DNA of 64,000 nt from Alphaproteobacteria bacterium (GTDB lineage Bacteria > Pseudomonadota > Alphaproteobacteria > M2410), in NCBI GenBank assembly GCA_006226415.1, contig SBGZ01000025.1, positions 13,186 to 77,185 on the forward strand, in the 5' to 3' direction. Positions 49,697 to 60,147 of the stretch are shown piece by piece. The translations under genes were made by a program, and so were the position numbers. Positions within the stretch are counted from its first letter, which is position 1; each line of letters opens with the position of its first letter. Under the pieces are notes generated by a model. It was not told the origin of the DNA, did no database searches, and saw only the letters and a program-made list of their open reading frames with translations.

Positions 49697-50437
49697 ATGC
49701 CCTTTGCCAGTCATAACGGCGATGAGATCCACTACGAGACCTTTGGCGCGGGCGCGCCGCTTATCATTCAGCACGGACTTTTTTCTAGCGGAGAAGAGCT
49801 TGCCTATCCGCAATTTGTCGAAGCCGTGGGTCAAACCTTTCAGATGATCTTTATCGATAGCCTGGGCCACGGCGCGTCGCAGGCGCCCTCAGACTACGCC
49901 CGCTATCACCCCGCCCATCGGGCCGGTGACATCGCTGCGGTCCTCGATGATCTCGGCATCGAGAAGGCGCATTACTTTGGCTATTCCATGGGCGGTTGGC
50001 TCGGCTGCGCCATGGCGGCACATGCGCCAGATCGGCTGAAATCCATTTGCATCGCAGGCTTTCCGGTCGACATCCATCCGCCAAGCGACATGAGCGACGA
50101 TCAGTTTGAGGAGGTCTGGGCCAATGCCAAGCGTGGTCTCTTCTTTGACAACAAGCGCGCCTTTGCGCGCCTCAACTCTGAAACCGAACCCGGCCTTAAA
50201 ATGTGTTTGCGCGCGATCCTGGATCATCCAAGGCACAAGGACGCTGTGGCCGCGCTCACCGTGCCGGTCATGATGCTCTGCGGCGAGGATGACGATCTGT
50301 TCGCTGGCGCTGAGGCCATGGCGGGCGAACTCGGCGCGCCCTTTCTGCCCGTGCCGGGTAACCACGGCGAAGCGATCAACCAGAATCTCGGCTTTTACTT
50401 CCCGGATGTGGCGGAGTTCTTCCTGAAGGCGGAATAG
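49697..50437 (+). CDS. alpha/beta hydrolase
   Basis: GYSMGGW nucleophile elbow (GxSxG); ~246 aa. Confidence 0.8.
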   Translation: MPFASHNGDEIHYETFGAGAPLIIQHGLFSSGEELAYPQFVEAVGQTFQMIFIDSLGHGASQAPSDYARYHPAHRAGDIAAVLDDLGIEKAHYFGYSMGGWLGCAMAAHAPDRLKSICIAGFPVDIHPPSDMSDDQFEEVWANAKRGLFFDNKRAFARLNSETEPGLKMCLRAILDHPRHKDAVAALTVPVMMLCGEDDDLFAGAEAMAGELGAPFLPVPGNHGEAINQNLGFYFPDVAEFFLKAE

Positions 50438-50450
50438 CTTGCAATGAATG

Positions 50451-50644
50451 TCATTCCGCGACTTGATCGCGGAATCCAGTTTACAAATATAATGCCCTCA
50501 TCCTTCGAGACGCGCTACGCGCTCCTCAGGATGAGGTATTTTGATCGGGGGGGCATAAAACCAACGTTCCCCCGCGAAGGCGGGGGTCCAGAGCGACCCT
50601 GTAAGGCATCATTTGCGGCCCCTGGATCCCCGCTTTCGCGGGGA
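50451..50644. repeat. REP/MITE-like composite repeat containing the shared 36-bp unit plus three hairpins
   Basis: ATTCCGCGA-cttga-TCGCGGAAT. 36-bp unit TCCTTCGAGACGCGCTACGCGCTCCTCAGGATGAGG (50501-50536), 35/36 identical to the reverse complement of 42472-42507. CCCCCGC-gaag-GCGGGGG. TCCCCGC-tttc-GCGGGGA. Confidence 0.55.
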
Positions 50645-50673
50645 TTACGAATTGGCATCGGGCAAATCAAAAA

Positions 50674-51222
50674 TCACTCCCGCATCTTCGCGCGCAGCAT
50701 GACGTCCTTGTGTTCTTCAAGGCGCGGCATGATCTCCACGAAATTGCAAGGGGTGAGCCGGTAGTCGAGCTGCCATTTCAAAATACCGTCCCAGCCATCT
50801 TTCACGGCGCCGGTGGAACCGGGCAGGGCGAAAAGGTAAGTCCCATCAGCAACACCCGCGCAGGCCCGCGACTGAATAGTCGACGTACCGATCTTTTCAT
50901 AGGAGAGCTGGTGAAAGAGAATAGCAAAGCCTTCGATCTCTTTTTCAATCACCCGCTTGAAGGCTTCCGGCGTTACATCGCGGCCCGTCAATCCCGTGCC
51001 GCCGGTCGAAATAACCACGTCCACATGCGGATCGGCGCACCAGGCGCGAAGCTGCGCCACGAGGGCATCTACATCATCTTTGAGGATTTTCCGGTCATGG
51101 AGCTTGTGGCCCGCATGCTCAAGCCGTTCAACCAGCGTGTCGCCGGATTTGTCGTCTTCGAGCGAGCGCGTGTCCGATACGGTCAGCACCGCAATATTGA
51201 GCGGCACAAATTCACGGGACAT
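50674..51222 (-). CDS. mogA: molybdenum cofactor biosynthesis protein MogA/MoaB
   Basis: VVISTGGTGLTGRDVTPEA...GSTGAV family motifs. Start at MSREFVPLNIAVLTVSDT. Confidence 0.85.
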   Translation of the reverse strand: MSREFVPLNIAVLTVSDTRSLEDDKSGDTLVERLEHAGHKLHDRKILKDDVDALVAQLRAWCADPHVDVVISTGGTGLTGRDVTPEAFKRVIEKEIEGFAILFHQLSYEKIGTSTIQSRACAGVADGTYLFALPGSTGAVKDGWDGILKWQLDYRLTPCNFVEIMPRLEEHKDVMLRAKMRE

Positions 51223-51318
51223 ATTGAGGCGATAGGAGTGCATCGTTGGAAACTTTCAGTGGTTTCCGTCAGTATAGAGCAAGCAGTCAGGCTTGAGAAT
51301 GCGTGTGCCTCAAAATAC

Positions 51319-53103
51319 CTATTCCGCCGTCAACGGCACATAGGACGGCCAGGTGCCTGAGACCACATGATCCAGCGAGGGGGAAGCCTCCCCCAAACGC
51401 GCCTGATACATCCAGTAATTGCCCAGCACCGCCTCAATAAAGCCGCGTGTCTCCCGCGAGGGGATGCTCTCGATGAAAAGCAGCGGATCTTCTTTATAGT
51501 TTGTCTCGCGGCTCCATTTTTTCAGATTGCCGGGGCCGCCATTATAGGCAACCAGGAGCCCGAAGAGATTGCTATCCAGGTCATATGACGTCATCAGCTC
51601 CTGGATGTATTTCTGCCCCAGCATCATGTTGAAGGAAGGGTCATAGAGCCGATCTTTGTTTTGCCGCTTAAGAGAACGGTCTTTGGCCACATGCACGGCG
51701 GTATTGGGCATCAGCTGCATGAGACCCCGCGCGCCGACCCGGCTGGTCGCTTCCGTATTGAATTTGCTCTCTTGGCGGATAAAGGCATAAACCAATGCCC
51801 GGTCCAGAGTGAAGCCGCCCTTGGGTTCAAAATTCGGAACCGGATAGCGCCCGATGCTGAGCGAGGGTTCTACGGAATAATTGGCGATGTCAATTTGGGC
51901 GTAAGGCATGTCCCACACCATGGCGAGATGCATCAGAGCAGGATCGTAAGAGGCATCAGCCTTGCCATGGGCGCGGCGCATTTCCTCCTGAGCGAGGGGC
52001 AGTTGGCCCACTTGCGCCAGGGCAACGGCGCGCGCAACGCCTTTGAGCTTCAAGGCTTCTTCGACAGAAGAAGCTGAAACATCGGGAATGTCGTCGAGAG
52101 AAATCAGCTCTCGCCCCAGCTGGCGCTTGGCGAGAATGCCGTAAAAATGTTGATCGCTTGATGCGGCTACTTCCAAAAGCGGTGTTACTTTTTCTGGGCT
52201 ACGGGTCACAAGGTAAGACCGCGCCGACCAGTAAGCGCCAGCGGCCTTGTCCGAATGAGCCACGCGTCCCGAACCGGCCACATGTTCGAAATAATTCGCC
52301 GCCGCCGGCTTGTCGCCGGTCCGCCAGGCCACCAGGCCTGCGGTCCAGTAGGCCAGCGGCACTTTTTCGCCATTGCTCGCGATGACATCTTTCGACACGC
52401 GAAGCGCCTTGGCGTCGACATTTTCCAGGTAATAGGAATTGGCGATCCATTGGCGCAACTGATCAAATTCGTGAGAGGTCAGATCTTTGCGCGTGCGATT
52501 TTCATTGAGGTAGTTAAGCGCCTGGGTGGGTCGTTCGCGCCGCAAAAGGTCGCGCACATAGGTCTGGATCTGCGACACCCGGCGGCGATCCGCCGAGTTG
52601 TGGCGGCGCGGTGGCAAAGATTTCAAACCCGGGTTTTCAAGTGATGTGCGCCAATAGCGTTTTTCAGCGCGCTCCGGTCGGCCTTCAGAGGCCGGGCGGC
52701 GCTTCATCGCCAGTGCGTAGATTTTGCTCGCATCTGGGTGGTCAGCATATTTCGCCATCCAGGCTTTCAGCTCTGAGTACTTGGACCGATAGGCGGTCGG
52801 GTGCATATAGCGCTGATAAAGCACATGCCCCATGAGAACATCATTCTCGAGCTCTTTAATCAGCTTGTCAGCGGTGCGCCATTCACCCCGTTCCTGCGCC
52901 TTGAATATTTTCTGGTAGCGATCAACGTCCGGCGCGCTTAAGACCAGTTCCTGGCCATTGGACTGGGTGACCTCTGTGGCGATCGCGCCGGGCAGTGCCA
53001 GCGCCGGATGAGGCGCCACAACAAAGGCGAATCCCGTCAATACAAACGCGCCAACCCACCGCCCAAATCTTGCACAAACCTGTTTCAAGATATTGCTCCT
53101 CAC
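51319..53103 (-). CDS. slt: soluble lytic murein transglycosylase (Slt family)
   Basis: Signal peptide, superhelical N-terminal domain, SLT catalytic motif ESKFNTEATSRVGARGLMQLMPNTA. Confidence 0.85.
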   Translation of the reverse strand: MRSNILKQVCARFGRWVGAFVLTGFAFVVAPHPALALPGAIATEVTQSNGQELVLSAPDVDRYQKIFKAQERGEWRTADKLIKELENDVLMGHVLYQRYMHPTAYRSKYSELKAWMAKYADHPDASKIYALAMKRRPASEGRPERAEKRYWRTSLENPGLKSLPPRRHNSADRRRVSQIQTYVRDLLRRERPTQALNYLNENRTRKDLTSHEFDQLRQWIANSYYLENVDAKALRVSKDVIASNGEKVPLAYWTAGLVAWRTGDKPAAANYFEHVAGSGRVAHSDKAAGAYWSARSYLVTRSPEKVTPLLEVAASSDQHFYGILAKRQLGRELISLDDIPDVSASSVEEALKLKGVARAVALAQVGQLPLAQEEMRRAHGKADASYDPALMHLAMVWDMPYAQIDIANYSVEPSLSIGRYPVPNFEPKGGFTLDRALVYAFIRQESKFNTEATSRVGARGLMQLMPNTAVHVAKDRSLKRQNKDRLYDPSFNMMLGQKYIQELMTSYDLDSNLFGLLVAYNGGPGNLKKWSRETNYKEDPLLFIESIPSRETRGFIEAVLGNYWMYQARLGEASPSLDHVVSGTWPSYVPLTAE

Positions 53104-53386
53104 CCCTTGACCACCGATTGATCCTGTCCCGTGTCGGGAAAATCGCCCAAATCAGTGCAGATCATGTGCCAAAGCCCCCTAAAACACACTTAATTTTGCG
53201 AGCATTTCGTGCGAATTTTGGCTGATTCTGTGGGGGAGACACATCAAAATGCGCAACTTTCGCCGAAAATCCAAAATAACCCCTGATTGGCGGCTCCCGC
53301 TCAGGCCGACGAGGGCTCTATTGCCCTCGACATAGGTGCGGGTGAAAAGAGGGGGAATAATTTGTATACGGAGAAAAAAGGGTAAC

Positions 53387-54214
53387 TTAACGATCGCGAA
53401 GTTTTGCTTCGACCTTTAGCAGATCCGCCCAGGCATATTTCTTCTGGCCGGGTTGGCGTAAGAGATAGGCCGGGTGAAATGTCGGCATACAGTCGATTTC
53501 CCCGGCAGAGGTCGAAACTTTGGCCCAGCGTCCGCGCAATTTCATGATGCCTGTGGGCGTTTCAAGAAGGTGTTTGGCGGAAGTGCCTCCCAGAGCGAGC
53601 AAAACCTTTGGCTGAGCGATCTCGATATGGCGCTTCAGGAAGGGCAGGCAGAGCGAAATTTCCTCAAGGCTCGGATTGCGGTTGCCTGGTGGGCGCCAGG
53701 GCAAAATATTAGCAATATAGATTGAGGCCTTGGGGTCTTGAGCCCCACGCTCCCGGCCGATGGCCGCCATCATAAGATCAAGCAGCTGGCCGCTGCGCCC
53801 GACAAAGGGGAGCCCCTCCCGGTCCTCGTCCCGTCCGGGCGCTTCGCCGATCAACATGAGGTCGGCGGCGGGATTGCCATCAGAAAAAACAGTAGAATGC
53901 GCGGTCTGTTTGAGCCCGCAGCCTTCAAATTGATTGAGGGCTTCGCGCAGATCTTCAAGGGTTTGGCATTCCTGAGCCAGCCCCACGGCATTTTTGACAA
54001 GATCGCCTCCGCTGCGGGCATTTATGCGGGGGGCGGGTGCGTCAGGCGCAGGGGCCGGTCTTGCGGGTTGCTCGGCGGGCGCGGGCGGGCGCACCTGAAA
54101 TCGATTAACCGGGGTCTCGCCAATGGCCTCGTCAGCGCCAACCTCCACAAGCCATTTGAGTTGACTGAGCGGGTCTTGGCGCGCCGCGTCATCTGCTCCG
54201 ATTAGATTGCTCAT
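53387..54214 (-). CDS. uracil-DNA glycosylase family 4 with Pro/Ala-rich N-terminal extension
   Basis: [24 protein letters not shown] (family 4 motif A) and HPAYLLR (motif B). Confidence 0.85.
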   Translation of the reverse strand: MSNLIGADDAARQDPLSQLKWLVEVGADEAIGETPVNRFQVRPPAPAEQPARPAPAPDAPAPRINARSGGDLVKNAVGLAQECQTLEDLREALNQFEGCGLKQTAHSTVFSDGNPAADLMLIGEAPGRDEDREGLPFVGRSGQLLDLMMAAIGRERGAQDPKASIYIANILPWRPPGNRNPSLEEISLCLPFLKRHIEIAQPKVLLALGGTSAKHLLETPTGIMKLRGRWAKVSTSAGEIDCMPTFHPAYLLRQPGQKKYAWADLLKVEAKLRDR

Positions 54215-54435
54215 GGGGTGTCAAAACTGCCCTAAATCGCTGATTTTCGCCATCTTTCGTTGACCATCCGGTGGAGTCGCTTCATAAAGTGCGGTAACAG
54301 TCATCAACGAAACCGAGCGACTTTTGCCTTTAGGGTCCAGACCGACTCTATCGGATAAAAAGTCAAAGGCAACAAGAAGAACTTCCCATCAAGTCTAAAG
54401 CGATTGAAAGGGAGGCAACTTGAGGAGGATCTCAA

Positions 54436-56112
54436 ATGTCTGAAGCCGCCGTCGAACGGGAATCCATGGAATACGACGTCGTGATTGTCGGCGCAGGCCC
54501 GGCAGGGCTGTCCGCCGCCATCCGGCTCAAACAGATTGCCGAAGAAAAGGGCCAGGACATCAGTGTCTGTGTGCTTGAGAAAGGTTCCGAAGTCGGTGCG
54601 CATATTCTTTCCGGCGCGGTGATTGACCCCATCGCGCTCAACGAGCTGTTCCCGGACTGGAAAGATCGTGGTGCCCCTCTGGAAACACCGGTGACCGATG
54701 ACCAGTTCCATTTCCTGACAGGAGATAAAGGCGGCATTCGCCTTCCTAACTTTTTGATGCCACCGCTCATGAGCAACCACGGCAATTACATTGTCAGTCT
54801 GGGCAATGTCTGCCGTTGGCTGGCGGAGCAGGCCGAAGGTATGGGCGTCGAGATTTATCCGGGCTTTGCCTGTTCAGAAGTGGTTTATAACGACGATGGC
54901 TCCGTGAAAGGCGTTGCCACTGGCGATTTTGGCATCGCGCGCGATGGCAGCCACAAGGGTGGTTACACCCCGGGCATGGAGCTCCACGGTAAATACACGC
55001 TTATTGCAGAAGGCGCGCGCGGCTCCCTCGCCAAACAACTTATTTCAAAATATGACCTCGACACGGATTGCGATCCGCAAAAATTTGGGATCGGCCTGAA
55101 AGAGCTTTGGCAGGTTGAACCAGACAAACACCATCCGGGCCGTGTGGTGCACACCATGGGTTGGCCGCTCGACAATAATACTGGCGGCGGTCTCTTCCTC
55201 TATCATTTTGGCGACAACTATGTGGCTGTCGGTTTTGTGGTGCACCTCAATTACAAAAACCCCTACCTGTCTCCCTTTGACGAGTTCCAAAGGGTCAAGC
55301 ACCACCCGAAACTGGTGGATACCTTCAAGGGCGGCAAGCGCATTTCCTACGGTGCCCGTGCCATCACGGAAGGCGGCTATCAGTCCATTCCCAAACTGAC
55401 CTTCCCCGGGGGCGCGTTGATCGGCTGTTCGGCTGGCTTTGTCAATGTGCCGCGCATCAAAGGCAGCCATAATGCGATGGAGTCCGGCATGCTGGCGGCC
55501 GAGGCGGCGGCTGAGGCGCTGGCGGCAGGGCGCGCAAGCGACGAGATTTCCAGCTACACAGAAAAGTTGGAAGCAAGCCACCTCATGAAGGACCTCAAAC
55601 GCGTGCGCAACGTCAAGCCGCTCTGGTCCAAATTCGGCACCTACCTGGGCGTGGCCCTGGGTGGATTGGACATGTGGACCAATCAGCTTTTCGGGTTCTC
55701 CTTCTTTGGAACGCTCAAGCACGGTAAGCCGGATTCAGAAACACTTCTGCCCGCATCCGAATGCACAAAGATCGATTATCCCAAACCGGACGGCGAAATC
55801 AGCTTTGATAAGCTGTCTTCGGTCTTTCTTTCAAACACGAACCATGAAGAAGATCAGCCGGTTCACCTGCGGCTCACCGATCCAGATGTACCAATTTCGA
55901 TCAATTTGGCGGAATGGGCCGAGCCAGCGCAGCGTTATTGCCCGGCAGGCGTGTATGAAGTCATGACAGATGACAATGGCGATAATCCGCGTTTTCAGAT
56001 CAATGCGCAAAACTGTGTACATTGCAAAACTTGTGATATTAAAGATCCCAGTCAGAACATTACCTGGACAGTTCCGGAAGGCAGCGGCGGACCAAACTAT
56101 CCAAATATGTAA
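54436..56112 (+). CDS. electron-transfer flavoprotein:ubiquinone oxidoreductase
   Basis: FAD-binding VVIVGAGPAGLSAA and C-terminal 4Fe-4S ferredoxin motif CVHCKTCDIKDP. Confidence 0.95.
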   Translation: MSEAAVERESMEYDVVIVGAGPAGLSAAIRLKQIAEEKGQDISVCVLEKGSEVGAHILSGAVIDPIALNELFPDWKDRGAPLETPVTDDQFHFLTGDKGGIRLPNFLMPPLMSNHGNYIVSLGNVCRWLAEQAEGMGVEIYPGFACSEVVYNDDGSVKGVATGDFGIARDGSHKGGYTPGMELHGKYTLIAEGARGSLAKQLISKYDLDTDCDPQKFGIGLKELWQVEPDKHHPGRVVHTMGWPLDNNTGGGLFLYHFGDNYVAVGFVVHLNYKNPYLSPFDEFQRVKHHPKLVDTFKGGKRISYGARAITEGGYQSIPKLTFPGGALIGCSAGFVNVPRIKGSHNAMESGMLAAEAAAEALAAGRASDEISSYTEKLEASHLMKDLKRVRNVKPLWSKFGTYLGVALGGLDMWTNQLFGFSFFGTLKHGKPDSETLLPASECTKIDYPKPDGEISFDKLSSVFLSNTNHEEDQPVHLRLTDPDVPISINLAEWAEPAQRYCPAGVYEVMTDDNGDNPRFQINAQNCVHCKTCDIKDPSQNITWTVPEGSGGPNYPNM

Positions 56113-56160
56113 GCGAGGCGTAAGTCTTTGAGATTGAGCAAAGCTATTTATGAGGGGCCG

Positions 56161-57903
56161 ATGAAGCATCAGGCCCCTCGTTTGTCTTTGAGACGGTGCT
56201 GGATTGCAGGGGTAGGGGTCTTTGCACTCTATGCATGCGCAACCGACACGCAATACCGACCTTCCAGTACAAGGCATTCAGGTGATTCAAAGCTTGAAGT
56301 CGTAGAGACCCACTACGGCAACTACCTGGCTGCCCGGCAGGCCATTGTTGATAAAGATCAAGGTGCCGCGGCTGCCTTTTATGATCGCACCTTGCGGGAA
56401 GACCCTGACAATCAGATTATCCGCGAGCGGGCCTTTTTGCTGGAATTGGCGAGCGGCCACTTTGAAGATGCCCTCGTTCATGCGGAGATTCTGGTGAGGA
56501 GCAGGCCGACCAATCGGTTGGCGCGTATGGCTCTTGCCACCAATGACATTCGCCAAAAGGGTTATGCGCAGGCGCGCGCCCAAATGGACCAAAGCGCCAT
56601 GGGTCTCTACAACGCCCTGGCTGTGGACCTGCTGCGCGCCTGGACCTATGCCGGCGAAAGAGATTTAGAATCTGCCGAGAGAACCCTGACGGGGCTGCGT
56701 GCCTTTGGCAGCGGTGATGTCTTGGCAGCTTTTCATCTGGCGCTGATCTACGACTATTCCGGTGAAGCTGAGAAAGCCGAGCAAAAATATCTTGATGCGC
56801 TTGAGCTTAATGGCCGTACGGGCACTCGTATCGTTGAGGCCTATGGCAATTTCCTGGAGCGTCAAAAGAGACCGACCGAAGCCATTGCCCTTTATGATGA
56901 ATATCTTCAACTACAGACAAGCAACCCTGAAGTAAGTGCCGCCAGAGAGAGGGCTTTAAAGGGCCGCGCGCCGCGCGCCTTGATTGGTTCCATCAATTCC
57001 GGGGCAGCAGAGGCTTATTTGAGTGTTGCCGGTTTCCTGGATACGGACCGGACAGCGAGCCTGACCATCTCCTATCTGCGGCTCTCCCTGGCGCTTGATG
57101 ACGATCTCCATATCGCCAACCTCATCCTTGGGGAATTGCACCGGCAGCGCCAACATTGGGAGTCTGCGATAGAGTTTTACGCAAAGATCCCTTTGTCAGA
57201 TCCGCTGGGGCCTCAGGCCGTTATTCAAAAGGCAGCCGCTCTACAACAGCTTGGCCGCGATGAGGAAGCAATCCAGACCATTGAAAAATTAGTGAAGCGG
57301 CAGCCGCAAAATTTCCTGGCGCGCGTTTCTTTGGCCGACAGCTACCGAACCATTGGTGAATTTGTTCCGGCCGTCGAAAATTATACCAAAGCCCTTGAAT
57401 TGCCTGGCGCAGACAAGGACGCGGCTAATTGGTTCGTTTATTATTCGCGTGGCATGTCCTACTACGAACTCGGTCAGATCGAACATGCTGAGGTGGATTT
57501 TTTGCGGGCGCTTGAAATCACCCCCGATCAACCGCTCGTCTTGAACTCTCTGGGCTATAGTTGGGTTGTCAGAAATTATCGTGTGTCGGATGCTTTGGCC
57601 TTGCTGGAAAAGGCCGCCGATCTGTCTGCTGGCAATGGCTATATCATCGATAGTCTGGGCTGGGCGCATTATCAGCTGGGCAATTACGAGCTGGCGGTTG
57701 AGTACCTTGAGCTTGCCGTTGAACTCGCGCCCGAAGATGCAGAGTTGCATGACCATTTGGGGGATGCCTATTGGCAGGCGGGTCGTTATTTGGAGGCCGG
57801 GTTCGAATGGCATCACGCCTTGAAACTTGGCCCAAGCCCTGAGCGGGTTGCAACCATCGAAGAAAAACTGGAACGCCGTTCCAAAATCATTCCCAACAGT
57901 TAG
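56161..57903 (+). CDS. TPR-repeat lipoprotein
   Basis: Lipobox LYAC after the signal; many TPR units. RBS TGAGGGG. Confidence 0.75.
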   Translation: MKHQAPRLSLRRCWIAGVGVFALYACATDTQYRPSSTRHSGDSKLEVVETHYGNYLAARQAIVDKDQGAAAAFYDRTLREDPDNQIIRERAFLLELASGHFEDALVHAEILVRSRPTNRLARMALATNDIRQKGYAQARAQMDQSAMGLYNALAVDLLRAWTYAGERDLESAERTLTGLRAFGSGDVLAAFHLALIYDYSGEAEKAEQKYLDALELNGRTGTRIVEAYGNFLERQKRPTEAIALYDEYLQLQTSNPEVSAARERALKGRAPRALIGSINSGAAEAYLSVAGFLDTDRTASLTISYLRLSLALDDDLHIANLILGELHRQRQHWESAIEFYAKIPLSDPLGPQAVIQKAAALQQLGRDEEAIQTIEKLVKRQPQNFLARVSLADSYRTIGEFVPAVENYTKALELPGADKDAANWFVYYSRGMSYYELGQIEHAEVDFLRALEITPDQPLVLNSLGYSWVVRNYRVSDALALLEKAADLSAGNGYIIDSLGWAHYQLGNYELAVEYLELAVELAPEDAELHDHLGDAYWQAGRYLEAGFEWHHALKLGPSPERVATIEEKLERRSKIIPNS

Positions 57904-57920
57904 AGCGCGATAAGATTGTT

Positions 57921-58787
57921 ATGATCACCGAAAAAGCACACGCAAAAATCAATCTGTTTCTACACATCACCGGCAAGCGCCAGGATGGCATGCATGAAAT
58001 GCAAAGCCTGGCGATCTTTCCCCAGGTCTATGACACCGTAACTGTCAAGCGTGCCAGCGACCTGTCTTTAGAAATCACGGGCCCCTTCGCGGATGACCTC
58101 TGGAAGGCCGCCGACATTGAAGACAATTTGGTCATCAAAGCAGCCCGTTTGGTGCAAGGCGCCTTAGGAAAAGACCGGGGAGCGGCGATCACCCTGGACA
58201 AACAGCTTCCGGTCGCAAGCGGGCTGGGTGGCGGGTCGGCTGATGCCGCCGCGGCTTTGCGTGCTTTGATGCAACATTGGAATTATCATCCGGACATTAC
58301 AACCGTGCGCGCCATTGCCGCTCAACTTGGCGCCGATGTGCCGGTGTGCCTGGCCAGCCAGCCCGCGATCATGCGCGGCATTGGCACCCAGCTTTCATTG
58401 CCGCCCCGTGTGCCCTACATGCACATGCTTTTGGTCAATCCGGGCAAGCCAGTTTCCACCAAGAAGGTTTTTGAAGGCCTGAATTGGCGCAGCGCCGCCA
58501 AAAAGGGTGAGGTTAAGCTGCCGAAAGATTTTGGCACCGTGCGCAAGCATGGCAATTTCCTCAGCAAATGCCGCAACGATCTGGAGCCCGTTGCCGTGCG
58601 GCTTCAACCTGAGATCAAAACCGTCATCAAGGCGCTGGAAGGCCAAGACGGCTGCCTGGTATCGCGCATGTCCGGTTCCGGCGCCAGTTGCTTCGCCATT
58701 TTCAAAAGTCAGGCAACAGCGCGCGCCGCCTATGAGGCGCTGTCAGCCGAGCATCCCAATTGGTGGATCAAAGCCACAACCTCATAG
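57921..58787 (+). CDS. ispE: 4-diphosphocytidyl-2-C-methyl-D-erythritol kinase
   Basis: KINLFLHITGKRQDGMHEM...PVASGLGGGSADAAAAL (GHMP kinase motifs). Confidence 0.9.
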   Translation: MITEKAHAKINLFLHITGKRQDGMHEMQSLAIFPQVYDTVTVKRASDLSLEITGPFADDLWKAADIEDNLVIKAARLVQGALGKDRGAAITLDKQLPVASGLGGGSADAAAALRALMQHWNYHPDITTVRAIAAQLGADVPVCLASQPAIMRGIGTQLSLPPRVPYMHMLLVNPGKPVSTKKVFEGLNWRSAAKKGEVKLPKDFGTVRKHGNFLSKCRNDLEPVAVRLQPEIKTVIKALEGQDGCLVSRMSGSGASCFAIFKSQATARAAYEALSAEHPNWWIKATTS

Positions 58788-58818
58788 GAAACGATCTGAA
58801 TGGGAAGGCTGCTATTGT

Positions 58819-58967
58819 GGCCCGCCCTCGCGGAGCCGGAGGCAGCAAGGCCACTCGGCGTGAGCGATTAATCCGTTCAGAATGAAAAGGCCGCGACTGC
58901 GGCCCGCCCTTTTGGGGGCCCTCGCGGAGCCGGTGGCCGCAAGGCCACTCGGCGTGAGCGACATTAA
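58819..58967. repeat. pair of ~50-bp direct repeats flanking a hairpin, in the ispE/ispB convergent gap
   Basis: Copy 1 (58819-58872) CCCTCGCGGAGCCGGAGGCAGCAAGGCCACTCGGCGTGAGCGATTAAT. Copy 2 (58917-58967) CCCTCGCGGAGCCGGTGGCCGCAAGGCCACTCGGCGTGAGCGACATTAAT. Hairpin GGCCGCGACTGCGGCC (58889-58904) lies between them. Confidence 0.5.
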
Positions 58968-60013
58968 TAAGTTCGGCTGACGCAGAATTCGACAATGCCG
59001 TCGAGAGAGGCGGCATAGTCGCTGTCCGGGAAGATCGCCAGCGCATCGCGGGCCATGGAGCCATAGTGGCGCGCCCGTTCAATGGTGTCGGCAAGAGCCC
59101 CGTGTTTTTCAAGAAGAGCAATGGCCTTTTCCAGGTCGCGGTCATCTTGCTCGCCTTTTTCAATGGTGCGCTTCCAGAAATCCCGTTCGCTCTCCGACCC
59201 ACGGCGATAAGCCAGCACGATTGGCAGGGTTACTTTTCCTTCGCGGAAATCATCGCCGACGGTTTTGCCGAGTTTGGCCTGCGCGCCGGAATAGTCGAGC
59301 GCATCGTCGACGAGTTGGAAGGCGATACCGAGATTTTTGCCATAGGAAAGGAGTGCGGCCTCCTGATCCGGTTGATCGCCCGCGATCACCGCGCCCACGC
59401 GGCAGGCCGCTTCGAACAGAGCTGCGGTTTTGGCACTAATGACTTTGAGGTAAGCATCTTCCGTCGTGGCCGTGTTGTTGGCGGTGATGAGCTGCATCAC
59501 TTCGCCCTCGGCGATAATGGCCGAAGCCGACGACAGAATATCGAGCACTTTCATATTGTCCGCAGCCACCATGAGCTGGAAGGCGCGGCTAAACAGAAAG
59601 TCACCGACCAGTACGCTCGCCTGATTTCCCCAGATCGTATTGGCGGTAGGCGAACCCCGGCGCAGATCGCTTTCGTCAATCACGTCGTCATGCAACAGGG
59701 TCGCGGTATGGATGAATTCGACACAGGCCGCCAGCTTCACATGGGTCTCGCCCTCATAGCCGCACATGCGAGCGCTGGCGAGTGTCAGCATGGGACGCAG
59801 CCGCTTGCCGCCGGAATTAATCAGATGCCCCGCCAGATTGGGGATCATGTCCACCGGGCTTTCCATGTGCTTGATGATGGCCTGGTTAACCTTTTCAAGG
59901 TCTTCGGCCACGAGGCTCTTCAGGTTCGAGACCGCATGTTCAGATCCCGCCTTGGACCCATCAATATTAACTACAATTGCCAATTTCGGCCTCGCTCGTC
60001 GCTTCCCGCGCAA
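58964..60013 (-). CDS. ispB: polyprenyl diphosphate synthase (IspB/octaprenyl-type)
   Basis: LLHDDVIDESDLRRG (first DDxxD) and FQLVDDALD (second DDxxD). Confidence 0.85.
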   Translation of the reverse strand: MRGKRRARPKLAIVVNIDGSKAGSEHAVSNLKSLVAEDLEKVNQAIIKHMESPVDMIPNLAGHLINSGGKRLRPMLTLASARMCGYEGETHVKLAACVEFIHTATLLHDDVIDESDLRRGSPTANTIWGNQASVLVGDFLFSRAFQLMVAADNMKVLDILSSASAIIAEGEVMQLITANNTATTEDAYLKVISAKTAALFEAACRVGAVIAGDQPDQEAALLSYGKNLGIAFQLVDDALDYSGAQAKLGKTVGDDFREGKVTLPIVLAYRRGSESERDFWKRTIEKGEQDDRDLEKAIALLEKHGALADTIERARHYGSMARDALAIFPDSDYAASLDGIVEFCVSRTY

Positions 60014-60147
60014 TTGGTTTGCCGGATTTCATGACTTTTCACGGTCGTTATTATGATCCCAGACGATCAGGGGTCAAGTTGACTCTTTGTGAGGGAGCCA
60101 ATACCTCTGGAACCTGTGATCATTCAGACAGACAAGGTGCTCATGTT

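Noticed and set aside
59066-60034. 322-aa plus-strand ORF antisense to ispB
   Set aside because: ispB carries both DDxxD motifs on the minus strand.
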